Shown here piece by piece: positions 1 through 12,230 of a stretch of 41,507 nucleotides of DNA. This DNA comes from Octopus bimaculoides. Taxonomy: Eukaryota. The DNA is taken from positions 101,708,457 to 101,749,963 of the forward strand of contig NC_068986.1 of assembly GCF_001194135.2 (NCBI RefSeq), given 5' to 3'. The number at the start of each line of letters is the position of its first letter. Positions within the stretch are counted from its first letter, which is position 1. The notes under the pieces are model-generated. The model was not told the DNA's origin and made no database searches. It was given only the letters and a program-made list of their open reading frames with translations. The translations under genes and the position numbers were made by a program.

Positions 1-481
1 TATATATATATATATATATATGAGTTTACGTGTGTGTAGCTAAAACGAAGACGGTGGAATTAGGTGAAGCTATAATTCAAAATATACGTATTTTATTTTC
101 GGCTATTTCCATTTCTGGTACACTCGGGTAAGTATATATCCAGTCAGCCATGCCTATATTCATACTTATATAAATATGCATATATGAATAAATACACGTG
201 TGTGCGCGCACACATACACACATACGCACATACATACATACATACACACACATAGACATATGTGTCGGTGTATATATACGTCCATTGCGACGTGATATTT
301 TCTCTTGTGGAAATTCATAGAATTTTCAGTAGGTTTTCTTATTTATATACGAGATACAACGGAGACCAAAACTGTACAGAAACAACAATATTTTAACATC
401 AAACTAGAGTTTAAAGAATTAACGTATGCGTATGGGCTGTTACATAAGGTATGCGGATAGTTTTTCCAAAACATTGAACAA

Positions 482-647
482 GGCACGGGAGTTGTTGTGT
501 GGTAAGTAGCTTGCTTACCAACCACACGGTTCCGGGTTCAGTCCCACTACGTGGCATCTTGAGCAAGTGTATTCTACTATAGCCTTGTGAATAGATTTGG
601 TAGACGGAAACTGAAAGAAGCCCGTCGTATGTATGTATAAGAATATA

Positions 648-706
<59 letters not shown>

Positions 707-917
707 TGAGTGTTTGTGTCTGTGTTTGCCCCCACAACATCGCTTGACAACCAACGCTGGTGTGTTTGCTTCCGCGTAAATTAGCGGTTCGGCAAAAGAG
801 AACGATAGAATAAGTACTAGGCTTGCAAAGGATAAGTCCTGGGGTTGATTAGCTCGACTAAAGGTGGTGCTCCAGCATGGCCTCAGTCAAATGACTGAAA
901 CAAGTAAAAGAGTAAAG
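482..917 (+). mobile_element. tRNA-headed SINE family A, bipartite with internal (TA)/(TG) microsatellite
   Basis: Head has box A-like GTTGTGTGG and box B-like GGTTCAGTCCC. Body GATTTGGTAGACGGAAACTGAAAGAAGCCCGTCG, microsatellite ~628-715, second body (CGCTTGACAACC...GGCAAAAGAG...CAGCATGGCC...CAAGTAAAAG). The same modules recur six more times in the window. Confidence 0.9.
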
Positions 918-1012
918 TATATTTCGAGGTGGCTTATTTTTTAGTATATGAGTCTCGGTCCGTTCTCTATATCAACGCTTTCGTACTACAGTATGAATAC
1001 ATGCATAAGTAT

Positions 1013-1044
<32 letters not shown>

Positions 1045-1065
1045 NNNNNNNNNNNNNNNNNNNNN

Positions 1066-1097
<32 letters not shown>

Positions 1098-1395
1098 TAA
1101 TAGTACACACATGTTATACTTACATATATACATATATACATATACATGTGTTGATTATATACATACACCAAACATATATACGTATACATATATATATTCA
1201 CACAACTGCATGTCTGGTTTGTTGAATATAGATATAAAAACTGTTGAAAGAAAGAATGAAGGTAATGCAAATTGAGAGATGTAAAATTAAACGTAATTAA
1301 ATAAAGATCAATTATGAAATTAAATTTAAAGTACTAAAGACATTATTTTATGTAATGTAAATTTGAATATGAGTAATTTTTATATATGGAATAGA

Positions 1396-1498
1396 AGCAA
1401 ATCCGACTTCGGCTGAATTTCTTTCAGAACTTTGCTACTGGCGAAATATCGCTAAACATTTTATCCAACTTGTTATGGTTCTGTCAGCAACGCTGCTT
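1396..1498 (-). mobile_element. SINE family B head fragment (decayed)
   Basis: Reverse complement GCAGCGTTGCTGACAGAACC...TATTTCGCCAG...TTCTGAAAGAAATTCAGCCGAAGTCGGATTTGC aligns with 3185-3286. Confidence 0.65.
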
Positions 1499-1916
1499 TA
1501 TTTACAATAATATTAACAATGGTAAAATAAATACAATGATAGTAGAATAATTAAGTAATCATAATTATAAAATAAAATAATTAAAAGAAAAACATATAAC
1601 TAAAAAGTCATTCAGATATTCGATATATATTAAAGCACAATTTGGGCGATGGTAGATGTTCTTTTTAGGTATGAATTAAAAATCGACGTTGAAAATGGAC
1701 GAAATTGCAACATAAAAACCCCAACATTTCCATATGGATTATAAAAGGTGTATTTAATAGTAAAAGTTACAATGAAATAAAAGAAATGAAAATGAAATTA
1801 TATAGTTTGTATCCAGTCGAAGGTTTTCTTGAAAGGTGAAAATGTAAAGTGAATGTTATACAATGTGGTTCCGGTTTTAAGTGAAAGAAATGAAACTCAA
1901 ATGCAAAATCAATGTT

Positions 1917-2500
1917 ACTCGTAAGGTATATTTTGGCTCGATATTTTATACATCGCAGCGTGTCTACAGGAACTTAAAAGTTCCAACCTTTGGTTCAGGG
2001 CGTATTTACCCTGGAAAAGAAAGAACAATTTTCAATCAGGCATAATTTGTGCCTCATTGGGCCTCTATATGCTCCATGTTTATATGGTGGTTCTCTCTCC
2101 CAGATTGTCCAGCAGATTTGGAAAAACGGTTATCACTTTCTTTCAACTGTCAGAGATGTTTAGCGAGACTCGTTGCTGTTGTGTTCTCAGGGTATCTAAA
2201 TGAATATCGATGGGAATATAACCTTGTCTTTAAGGAATTTTCCGTGGTGCCTGTATATGTCTTGTACATTTGTGAGTCATGTATTTGCACGTTCGCTCTA
2301 TATATCATTCCTTTCTCTAGACAATTTCCTCCCAACGGACAGCAAATTTGGCCTTTACAATTAAAATTCTTCTGTTTATTTCCGGCACCGTTATTATTTC
2401 TAATCATTTTCTTGTTGTGCTGTTTAATTAGAGAGGCAAAGTTCTTGCAACAAAAATAGCTAACATTCAGCGCTCTCCTATTATGGATTGCTTAAAAGTG
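1917..2500 (-). mobile_element. Penelope-like element (PLE) 3' remnant: GIY-YIG endonuclease pseudogene
   Basis: Translates, with stops and frameshifts, as NVSYFCCKNFASLIKQHNKK...NCKGQICCPLGGNCLEKGMIYRANV...KTYTGTTENSLKTRLYSHRYSF...TSLAKHL*QLK...ICWTI...KLCLIE...LNQRLELLSSCRH. This matches the PLE linker plus GIY-YIG C-terminal motif order. Confidence 0.85.
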
Positions 2501-2813
2501 CCTAGAAACTAGTTTCAAGAATTCCCTACCTATGTTAGTTTTTACGGTAATTTTAAATATCGGATTAAATCACAAAACTATACTATATATATGTATGGTT
2601 TCTCAACTTGTGACTAAGCTAAGTTCAATAAGAGACATTTACATATTAGAAGCTATTCCAGATGTCACTTCTTCTCTAAAAGGCTGTTTTATTTTATGTA
2701 ACTGGTTAACTAGTCAAATTAAAATTACAACTGGAATGAGAGGAACGTTTATTAGAGTTAACGGTAAAGTTTGCTACAGGAGGGAGGAGAGAGAAATGGA
2801 GGGAGTGAGAAGT

Positions 2814-2815
<2 letters not shown>

Positions 2816-2874
<59 letters not shown>

Positions 2875-2978
2875 CAGTTAGAGGGAGAGAGGATGGGAAT
2901 GCGAGAGAGAAGATGAGAGTGAGAGTGACAGAAGGATACGAGTGAGAGAGAGAGACGAAGGGAGAAAGAGAGAGAGAA
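2816..2978. repeat. (TA)n followed by GA-rich low-complexity tract
   Basis: Direct reading. Confidence 0.9.
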
Positions 2979-3112
2979 TCCCTAATTTAATTTGTTTGAA
3001 AGTAAAAATTTTGATCCTTTATAGTTACGTTGTGTCATATTTAAAGTTGCATCTTGAAAATTATCATCAAAGACTTCCTCGTTGAATCATTGATTAGCAC
3101 ACGTATTTCAAA

Positions 3113-3173
3113 GATCTAATCGACTGACCCCAGCTCCAAAATTTCTGGCCTTGTCCCTACAGTAGAAAAGGAT
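3113..3173 (+). mobile_element. SINE family B 3' tail fragment
   Basis: GATCTAATCGACT...CCTTGTCCCTACAGTAGAAAAGGAT matches the tail of the adjacent copy (GATCTAATCGACT...TTGTGCCTATAGTAGAAAGGAT, 3338-3398). Confidence 0.75.
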
Positions 3174-3184
3174 GGTGACAGATA

Positions 3185-3400
3185 GGCAGCGAGCTGGCAG
3201 AATCGTTAGCATACTGCGCAAAATGCCTGGTGGTATTTCGTCCGTCTTTACATTCTGAGTTCAAATTCCGGCGAGGTCGACTTTGCCTTTCATCCCTTCG
3301 AGATCCATGAATTAACTACCAGTAAAACACTGAGGTCGATCTAATCGACTAGTCCCCTCCATCACAATGCCATATATTGTGCCTATAGTAGAAAGGATTA
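3185..3400 (+). mobile_element. tRNA-headed SINE family B, near full length
   Basis: Box A-like TGGCAGAATCG, box B-like GAGTTCAAATTCC, central GAGGTCGACTTTGCCTTTCATCC; a related head lies at 1396-1498. Confidence 0.8.
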
Positions 3401-3429
3401 TGTCTTGTGACACAGGAAAAGAGTTGATG

Positions 3430-3498
3430 TTAGTTTGAGCTCACCATATATTAGTTTGAGCTCACCATATATTAGTTTGAGCTCACCATATATTAGTT
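3430..3498. repeat. 21-bp perfect tandem repeat x3.3 (TTAGTTTGAGCTCACCATATA)
   Basis: Units at 3430, 3451 and 3472, partial unit at 3493. Confidence 0.95.
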
Positions 3499-4795
3499 AA
3501 ACGGTAGCAAATTGCGCTGACGCCTGCAATCGAAATGACAACAATAAAAGGAAAGGAAAATAATAATTCAGAAAATTTAGGAACGGAAAAAGGACANNNN
3601 NNNNNNNNNNNNNNNNNNNNNNNNNNNNNNNNNNNNNNNNNNNNNNNNNNNNNNNNNNNNNNNNNNNNNNNNNNNNNNNNNNNNNNNNNNNNNNNNNNNN
3701 NNNNNNNNNNNNNNNNNNNNNNNNNNNNNNNNNNNNNNNNNNNNNNNNNNNNNNNNNNNNNNNNNNNNNNNNNNNNNNNNNNNNNNNNNNNNNNNNNNNN
3801 NNNNNNNNNNNNNNNNNNNNNNNNNNNNNNNNNNNNNNNNNNNNNNNNNNNNNNNNNNNNNNNNNNNNNNNNNNNNNNNNNNNNNNNNNNNNNNNNNNNN
3901 NNNNNNNNNNNNNNNNNNNNNNNNNNNNNNNNNNNNNNNNNNNNNNNNNNNNNNNNNNNNNNNNNNNNNNNNNNNNNNNNNNNNNNNNNNNNNNNNNNNN
4001 NNNNNNNNNNNNNNNNNNNNNNNNNNNNNNNNNNNNNNNNNNNNNNNNNNNNNNNNNNNNNNNNNNNNNNNNNNNNNNNNNNNNNNNNNNNNATATGGAG
4101 GTTTATTTAAATCAGAATGTAAGAGAGGGGAAATAACGGAAAGACGATTTTCAAAAGCTCACATGAATGGTATGAAATATCACTTGAGAAGAAATCACGA
4201 AAAAGAAATAAAAAGTATATAAAGCAATAACTAGCAAACAAACGAAGAAGAAGAGGAAGAATACAAAATTAAGGAGAATAAGAAATAAACGTAGCGTAAA
4301 TTGCAATAGACTTTTGAACGCCAATTTAGCATTTTTTTATATTTTCCTTTTTGTAGTCCGATAAATTGTTCAGCAGGGGGAATACCTTAAAATAAAATGG
4401 CGCCATTTGAAATGTTAATCAATACTATGATATGTAACGCATGTTTTAATTGAATAGTTCTTCGCTCTGGTTGAGCTTTTAGCTTCTGCTTTTGTTATTA
4501 GTAATATTGTTCATGTACTGTTGGTGCTATTGTTGTAAAGTCTCATTATTTCTTTTATCAATTTAATTATTTTCAATACTTACATTCGGAAGATGATCTT
4601 TTTCTTTACTTTTTCCTATTTCTCATATAGATTCTCGGTTCTCTATTGAAGGAAGTTCTTTATTGAATATATAGTAGATGTACACCCCCCTACACACATA
4701 TATATATAGATAGATATATTGATGGATAGATAGATGTATCGATGGGTACACGGATATATACATACATAGGTATATGCACACTTTCTATATATATA

Positions 4796-4831
<36 letters not shown>

Positions 4832-7800
4832 GCAAATATGTATTTATACATATGTTAGTATGCATGTTTATGCATGCAAACAAATATACATTTATCTTTA
4901 ACATTTCCAAATAATCTCTTCACCAAATGAGAAAATAATGAAATGAAAAGTAATAGCATAAATAAAAGAAATTAATGTAAGCGAATCCGATAAAAATATT
5001 TTTCTTATTCCTCGCAAGATTAAATATATATAGTTAACTAATTTTTCGGTGGAGGTGATGTGTTATAGATGTTTTGAATAAAGATTTACCTACTCCACAT
5101 TTATCATGCTTGAATGAGGCTAACGAAGCTGTCACTTTGGTGTGTTTCTCTCTAAAGATTTTTAGAACAATTATCTGTCTGGTTTTATCTTGCCGGTTAT
5201 ATTGATTGATACCAGACATATTTTCATGCAACAACTACGAATTGACAACACTATAACTGTATTGATCCGACATTGAGTGCTGTCCTACATCGCTGGTTAC
5301 AATGGGCTTCTTCAAGATTTGATAGATTTCGAAGGATGTAATCCTGCTAGTTAGGAAGGCAGTAAAACCTACCCTTGAAGAAATCACCCCTTCGTCACAG
5401 GGTCGCCTATTTACAGCTGGATATTCTGGTGTCGGAACAAATATGAACGCTGCACTCTGGTTAAGAGATATCAACTGCATTATTCATTCTTGCATCGTTG
5501 GTGATATGGACGAAGTGAAATATGTTCTAAAGAACATCTCAAGAAGCGTTTGTGATGCATCCTCGCAAGACAAAAATGAAACTCACTAAATCAAACCTGC
5601 TGAACAGACTTAAACGCTTATACAAATAATAATTTACTTACATTTCCTTAGAGAGAGCAACGCAATTGATGTGAAGCAGATAGCCTGAGAGATTGATCCC
5701 AGACCATATTCTAAGCTTGGTTATGATTAGATAATTCTGCACTCAGTCTATAATGATTGCAGAAAATAACAGAACTTTTCATTCAGTTAAAATTTTAAAA
5801 AAAAATAGATAAAACTGTTATGTATTGAATTCTGAGGCAAACCTATTCATCTCACACATGCAAAGACAGATTTATTTTATATTCTTATAACTATGTCCAC
5901 AAGCCCTATGTCTTAGAAAAAGCGGAAATTGGAGATTTTTGCAAAACATACGTAACATTAGGTACGAACTTGAAGGGAAATTGTTTGAAGGATCATCCAA
6001 TCAGATCAAGGTACAATAAAAAGAATTTATAGATGTATATGGAGACATACATACATACATGTATAGACGCATTACACAGATACACACGCACACACACACA
6101 CACATCAGAAAAATGGTTAAAATCGCATTATATTTTTATGCATATATGTATTTTTCGTTAAAGAAGACAAGACTTATTTTTTAACATGAGGTGTAAATAG
6201 TTTTATTTAATGTATTCATGTATGTGTGTGTGAGTGAGTGTGTGTGAGTGAATGTGTGTGAGTGAGTGAGTGGGGTATGTGTGTGCGTGTGTGTGCGTAC
6301 GTGTGTGTGTGCGTGCGTGTGTGTTTGTGTGTAAGTTGAAATACAATCATGTTTTCAAATAATAAATGTTTTCCAACAATACTTCTACTTCAAATATTTC
6401 GGTATATATACATTCAAAAGATAAGTTTGACATACAACACAAGTAAAAAAGTGAAAAGGAAAATAAGGACATGTTACTTCACATGCATATGTATACGCAC
6501 ATACATATGCATATATACATATACCTACATGCACACACACTCATGCACATATACACATCCACACATACACAAATCAATGCTGCAGGAATGAGTCATCAAT
6601 ACATTCGTACTATTTTATTTGTATGCTTGTATTCTTTCCTAAGCAAAGTCACATGACTTCCAGATAAGATGTTATCAGATGTTTACGATTAAATTTCTTT
6701 CAGCGAAAATAGACCAGTAAATGCTGTTGTTTAGTCTCTAGTAAATATTGTCTGAGCAATGCATGATCAAAGGGAAATCTAGTCGTGATCAACCTGTCTT
6801 TGCAGAATGTTTCTTCTTTCTTTTTATTGAGATTATTCATAGCAGTACGCTATACTCTACTCATTTCAAAACAGAGTATAATGTGGTATGAAAGAAATTT
6901 GGTTACTGTTTTTCACAGATCAAACCATTATACAGGGGCTCTAAGTAAAGTTAAAGGGGAAGGATTCACTCGACGTCGGTAGAATATTCAGTCACCACGT
7001 TGATGTAGATTTTCCATCACTATATGAAGAATAATGAAAGTTCGATACATTAGTAAGATGAGTTACAAAATATGTAATATAGTGAGTGGAACGATTAGAA
7101 ATTTATGGTCAAAAGTTCTGATCCCTCTCATTACGAAGACCAATGATTAAATTTATTCCATCCGTTACAAACTTGTCTTTGGATTCGTATACATTAAGAA
7201 CGACATAATTCTATATATCTTCTGTTTCTTGATGAGAGCAATGTAATATTTGAAGTGAGTTGGTAGGTAATTTTAAGGGGACAGACAAGGATGTAGAAAC
7301 TCACATTTTATCAATAAATACCAGCTGTATATTGAGGTGGGTTTAATCATACTCATACGACCATAACATTTATGATATTATAAAAGCGACAAAAATTCTT
7401 TGTAAGGATATTTAAGCGATTATTGTTAGTATTAGGCCGTAATCGAAAATAACAATGACTGAATTATAGCCAAAGTAATTTAGCAAGGATTCCAGTAACA
7501 GATTGTCATATTTGTAATATTTATATCAAGAGACTCGTGTGACTGGAGGAAGATTTTGCTGTTATTTATACAAAATTGATGAAGCACATAATTGCTCCTA
7601 TCATAAACTGACATGAGACAATAGCTGTTAATTGACACCAGGTAAGCTTTAAGGTGGGGATAAAAGAAATAAAAAAGGCTCACTGGTAGTCACCGTTCTA
7701 TATATTTAATATGTGCGAGACTACATCACCCACTCAGAAAAACCGTGTCAACATTATTCAGGATAGTCCTTTGCCGAAATAAAGGTGTCTGTTATTTGAG

Positions 7801-8327
7801 TGAACTTTGCTATTTATTCCTAGTATGTCGAATCATCATCGACGAATATGAGTTATTTTACTATATTTAATAATTTTATTCAGTAAAGATGTAAAAGCAG
7901 CAATAGACTACCATTTTCCTTCTTCCAGATCCAGAGACGCCAACCTAAAATAAGAATACGTGAAACACTGAAAAATAATTTACTTTATGGTGGATTTGAT
8001 CCAATAAAATAAATAAATTTCATTTTCCTAACGTCGTCTTTTTATCATTGAATAAGTGTTGTTTGTTGCTATTTTTATCGTTTGTCATTTTATAGGCTGA
8101 TTACTTTTCCATGTTACTTTGAAACATTCTCAGTGTTGGTGCAATTATATTCTGTAATATTTACTGCTGTCTTGAATTGTTTATTTAAATTTCCTTTCAA
8201 TATTTACTTCTTCAACACTACAACTAAAAACATTCAAAAGAATGTCTATGTCCGACTATCTCCTTACCGTTCTATCTCCAGTATATAATTTCTCTCTTTC
8301 TTCCTGTATATATCAAATAATGTTTTA

Positions 8328-8700
8328 TATCAGGTAATCCCATACGTAATGTCCGAAGTTTGTGTAAAGAACAACAGTTATTTAATTTTATATCTTATTG
8401 AAATTTAATCCCGTATATAACACTTAACATTATCGCTAAATTCCTTCCATCTTTTCCTCAGGATTTTGATTCTATTGGAGAAAAGCCTTTTCTTTTTGGC
8501 GAGAAGAAGGAAGAGGAGCCAGTTTCGATCTGTTTGTAGCTTTTGAGTATTAATCCATCTAAATCATTTTGTAAGCTTCGAAGCAAATGATAATCAGCAG
8601 GAGCATGGTCCGATAATAATAAGAAGGAGCAAGGTCCGAGAATATGTTTTTTTTCAATAAGTGGCAATGCATCAGAAATATATGTGAGTAAGCAGACAAG
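8328..8700 (-). mobile_element. mariner transposon 3' remnant with terminal inverted repeat end
   Basis: Minus strand reads SDLAPSYY / SDHAPADYHLLRSLQNDLDG...SFFSPK...RIKILRKRWKEFSDNVKCY (YSPDLAPSDYHLF motif to C-terminus). A TIR-like end TATCAGGTAATCCCATACGTAATGTCCG begins at 8328, preceded by TA. Confidence 0.8.
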
Positions 8701-9078
8701 CAGTAGATAAGGAAGAGATGATTCAGAATAAAACAACATCTCTTAAATTTGAACATTATATATCACGAATGCAACAGATATATGCGGGCTTCTAATTAAT
8801 GACAAGATTGCGTAATTCGCAGACAATTCCTATATACCTATGTAGAAAATTGTCTATTGTACAATAAACACTTGATCGGAGAATAAATTTGCCATACTAA
8901 TGTACAACATTGACACGAAACTATATGTTCTAATAGAATATTAAATGAAATGACACAAGAAAAGCTTCTAACAATGCAGAAAGTTTTAAAACATTTATAT
9001 TTCTGGCGCAAAGGACTATTTTCGTAAGGATACAGTCAAAGAAATGTAATTCCTCATAGATCCTGCCGCTCTGGTTAT

Positions 9079-9214
9079 CTAGACAGGCAGTGACCCCGAT
9101 GAAGTCTCCTGTTTGTACTTGTAATAATCGTTGACAATGTGGTAGCCGCCAACGACAGCAATATTCGTTATCGTCATAGGCAACATCAGTAGTAGAAATT
9201 GTTTTAAGTTGGAA
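9079..9214 (-). CDS. candidate terminal coding exon, unknown product (hydrophobic segment)
   Basis: Acceptor-like CTTTCCTTTGAGTATTTCGTGTACAG then SNLKQFLLLMLPMTITNIAVVGGYHIVNDYYKYKQETSSGSLPV*. A second frame is also open; no homology recognised. Confidence 0.2.
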
Positions 9215-9759
9215 CTGTACACGAAATACTCAAAGGAAAGACAGCAATTCATATTTTGAAGTTTAGAAAACTGAAGTAAGTGCAATTTATCTATTTCACA
9301 CAGTCTTAACAATTTTCCTAATCCGTTTACAAAGAAAATTATGGTTAACAAATTAATCATAAAAATTGAAAAGGTAAATCACAACGAATCTTTCAGATGA
9401 AAAGTATTACGTTCCTAATAATGAATGTGGAAATATTTTAACTTTTCTCGAGAAGATTAATGCTGGGAATGAAAGTAAATATGTTGCTATAGATACAAAA
9501 CAGAGGTGCCGATGTTTTTAAAGATAATGCAACCAAGAATTATGTGACGAAGATATGCAATACGATATGAAATTTAGTCAGCGTACATCTTTCATTATTT
9601 CCCTACTACAAGACAAGAAAGATTATTTTGAATGAACACAGAATCAACAGAAAAAAATTATACATGGCAAATAGCGAACTATAAATACATATTTACACGC
9701 ATACACATACGTGCGTTGGCATAGGCATGTACAAATGTCTATGCGAATGCTTATTCATG

Positions 9760-9792
<33 letters not shown>

Positions 9793-9855
9793 GTGTGTGT
9801 GTGTGTTTGTGTGTGTATGGATATGCATTCATATAATTAGTATACCTGTGTGTGT

Positions 9856-9857
<2 letters not shown>

Positions 9858-9936
<79 letters not shown>

Positions 9937-9976
9937 TATATGTAAATGTATATATATATATATATATATATATATC
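9858..9976. repeat. long (TA)n microsatellite
   Basis: Direct reading. Confidence 0.95.
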
Positions 9977-10219
9977 TAATATATAAAATAGAGATGTCTG
10001 TGTATTCGCTTTTCAAGTGAAATCGACTTCACCAAATGCTTCCATACTTGTGATGCATGAATAATTTGACCTCGCATAAATGTTAGGCGCTTCATATTTA
10101 TGATTCACTTCTTTAAAAAGGTTCAAGATATTTAAACATTCCGTGCAAGAGCTTTTATTTATACGACTTTTTCATTTCATGTTTATTTCATTCATTCTTC
10201 GCAATATTCTCTATCACCA

Positions 10220-10251
<32 letters not shown>

Positions 10252-10783
10252 CTCTCTCTCTCTCTCTCTCTCACAACACACACGCGCGTGCACGCATACA
10301 CACGTGTGTCTTTGTAAATATGTTTGTATACATTTATGTATGTGTGTGTTTGTAAGATACATAGTGTGAGTGAGTCAAGGGGTGTGTTGTCATAAGCATC
10401 CATCATTTTTGGATGTATGTGTGCGTGTGTGTGTGTGTGAGAGAGAGAGTGAGAGAGCGGTGTGTATGTAGTATTTATTCTCTCTCTCATACACATGCAC
10501 ACACACACACTCACACACAACGATGTATGCATATTTATGCATGTACGTATACATAATAACAAGCCTCTCTCTCTCTCTCTCTGTCACACACACACACACA
10601 CACACACACACCCACATCCATTTCATTTGATGTGTGTGGTGTGCGTCCGTGCGTAGTGGGTTCCACAATCGCCATTTATTTCAATTACTCTTGTGAGGAT
10701 ATTGAAGTAAATCATTTTTTTCATTTAATCACCGTTTTAATTTTCGTAAAAGTTTCCAAGTACCAATAAGCAAAGATTTCATT

Positions 10784-10811
10784 CCCGGGCATCACTGGGT
10801 GCCTCTGCTAG
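10784..10811 (+). mobile_element. Helitron-type 3' terminus (hairpin + CTAG|T)
   Basis: CCCGGGCATCACTGGG hairpin, then TGCCTCTGCTAG followed by T; same architecture as the terminus at 15404-15432. Confidence 0.65.
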
Positions 10812-10832
10812 TGTGTATATATNNNNNNNNNN

Positions 10833-10864
<32 letters not shown>

Positions 10865-10879
10865 TGTGTGCATATATGT

Positions 10880-10926
<47 letters not shown>

Positions 10927-11029
10927 AAGTATATATGTATGTGTACATACTCCCACACATACATACACGAGTATATGCACTAGGTATTAAGTGGCCAGGT
11001 ATAACTTTACAATGAAAGAAATATTATCT

Positions 11030-12230
11030 CATTACTTTCCAGCTAGCACTTTATATAATACCGCTGTATTAAACCGGTTAGACGTAGCTTTGATTAAATT
11101 ATCAATGACAGATTGAGCCATGTCTATCCATATTTCTGCCAATTGTGTTTACATTCCTCAACTCTGAAACTGGTGTGATTTGCAATTAGTCTCATGCATT
11201 CTTCTATGAAGATGGTACCAAATATATGAATCGGATCAATACCTTGTCTTTGAACATGCCATTTCAGAGATTTGATTCAGTGAGTTCTTTCACCAGTTTG
11301 TGATTCCTTGCTGGTATAACTAGGGACTGGCTTAATCTTGATGCTAAAGATCGGTGTATTTATGAAGAGGAGTTTAAAATAGTTGACAGTGTTCCAGACC
11401 ATTTAAATGATACAGAAATTTACTGTGATTTTGGTTTATTGTCCAAACTGCGTTTATGTCGTCAAACCAGCTCTTCGACTCTCATTTGTTCCCTTCATAC
11501 AATTTTGATCACATGCATGACTTTTATTGCGTTACACGCCGATATGCTTGCCTTAAAATGGCAGAAATTATTCCTGTTACACCATATTGAAGAAGAAAGC
11601 ACATCTTTCTTGTGGAACATATTGAAGCTTTTATGCCCATCCACAACTATGGATACGAATTTAGATAGCACTCAAAAGAGTTCGATTGCGCACATAGTTG
11701 TACGAAATAGGGTTTCTCCAATGAATCTCTGTAGCAACGTTCTTAGACATGGTGCGTAGTTCGAAGACCAAGGATAGTCCCTAGATCGAGCCTCTACTTT
11801 TCCGTACTGAGAAACCACATTTCCGGTAATGTGGACCCGTGTTTAGAGTGTCACTTGAAAGAAATACAAAATACATTTCACGAAGCCAATCCAACTGGCA
11901 AGGAACCAAGGGGTAGAACCAATGGATAATATGTTTGGATGATATTCATAGATCCAGATTCTCATGTTTGAAAATCTTGTTGGTAAATGCAATAACGATT
12001 CCTTCTGACAGATTCCTACGCCGGAGGTGTCTGAGAACTCTTCTCCCACAACAATTTTGGAATGATGGGTAGCGGAAATGGACAGAGGATTGATAAATTT
12101 GGAAACGATCGGAAACATTTTCTCACCTCTTCATTCATTTATTCATCAATTTCCAATGTTTCTCGAAACAGTTCTTACGGAATATTCTGGCATAATCGAG
12201 AGTAATTCCAGCATCTTTAACAGCTGAAAA
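11030..12230 (-). mobile_element. heavily decayed Tc1-like transposase remnant
   Basis: Minus-strand fragments lie in Tc1 order: RRVLRHLRRRNL, FIGETLF (cf. FSDESxF), LWMGI (cf. MVWAGI), LKWHVQRQGIDPIHI (cf. WPxxSPDLNPIE), LAEIWIDMAQSVIDNLIKATSNRFNTAV. No TIRs found. Confidence 0.55.

Noticed and set aside
482-560. SINE heads (also 3185 and 37760-37825) as tRNA genes
   Set aside because: Box A/B are present but there is no cloverleaf, and they continue into SINE bodies.
2049-2459. 136-aa plus-strand ORF
   Set aside because: Antisense shadow of the PLE GIY-YIG remnant.
4395-4408. Perfect palindrome AAATGGCGCCATTT (double YY1-like site)
   Set aside because: Isolated 14-mer with no CpG island or other promoter support.
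5034-5480. Two minus-strand ORFs, one containing GVGKS
   Set aside because: The P-loop lacks the first Gly of GxxxxGKS, and no other motifs or homology were recognised.
7500-7647. Strong donor CAG|GTAAGC at 7641
   Set aside because: All three upstream frames have nearby stops and there is no convincing acceptor.
11439-11759. 106-aa plus-strand ORF, considered as an integrase
   Set aside because: No integrase motifs; the minus strand fits Tc1 motif order better.
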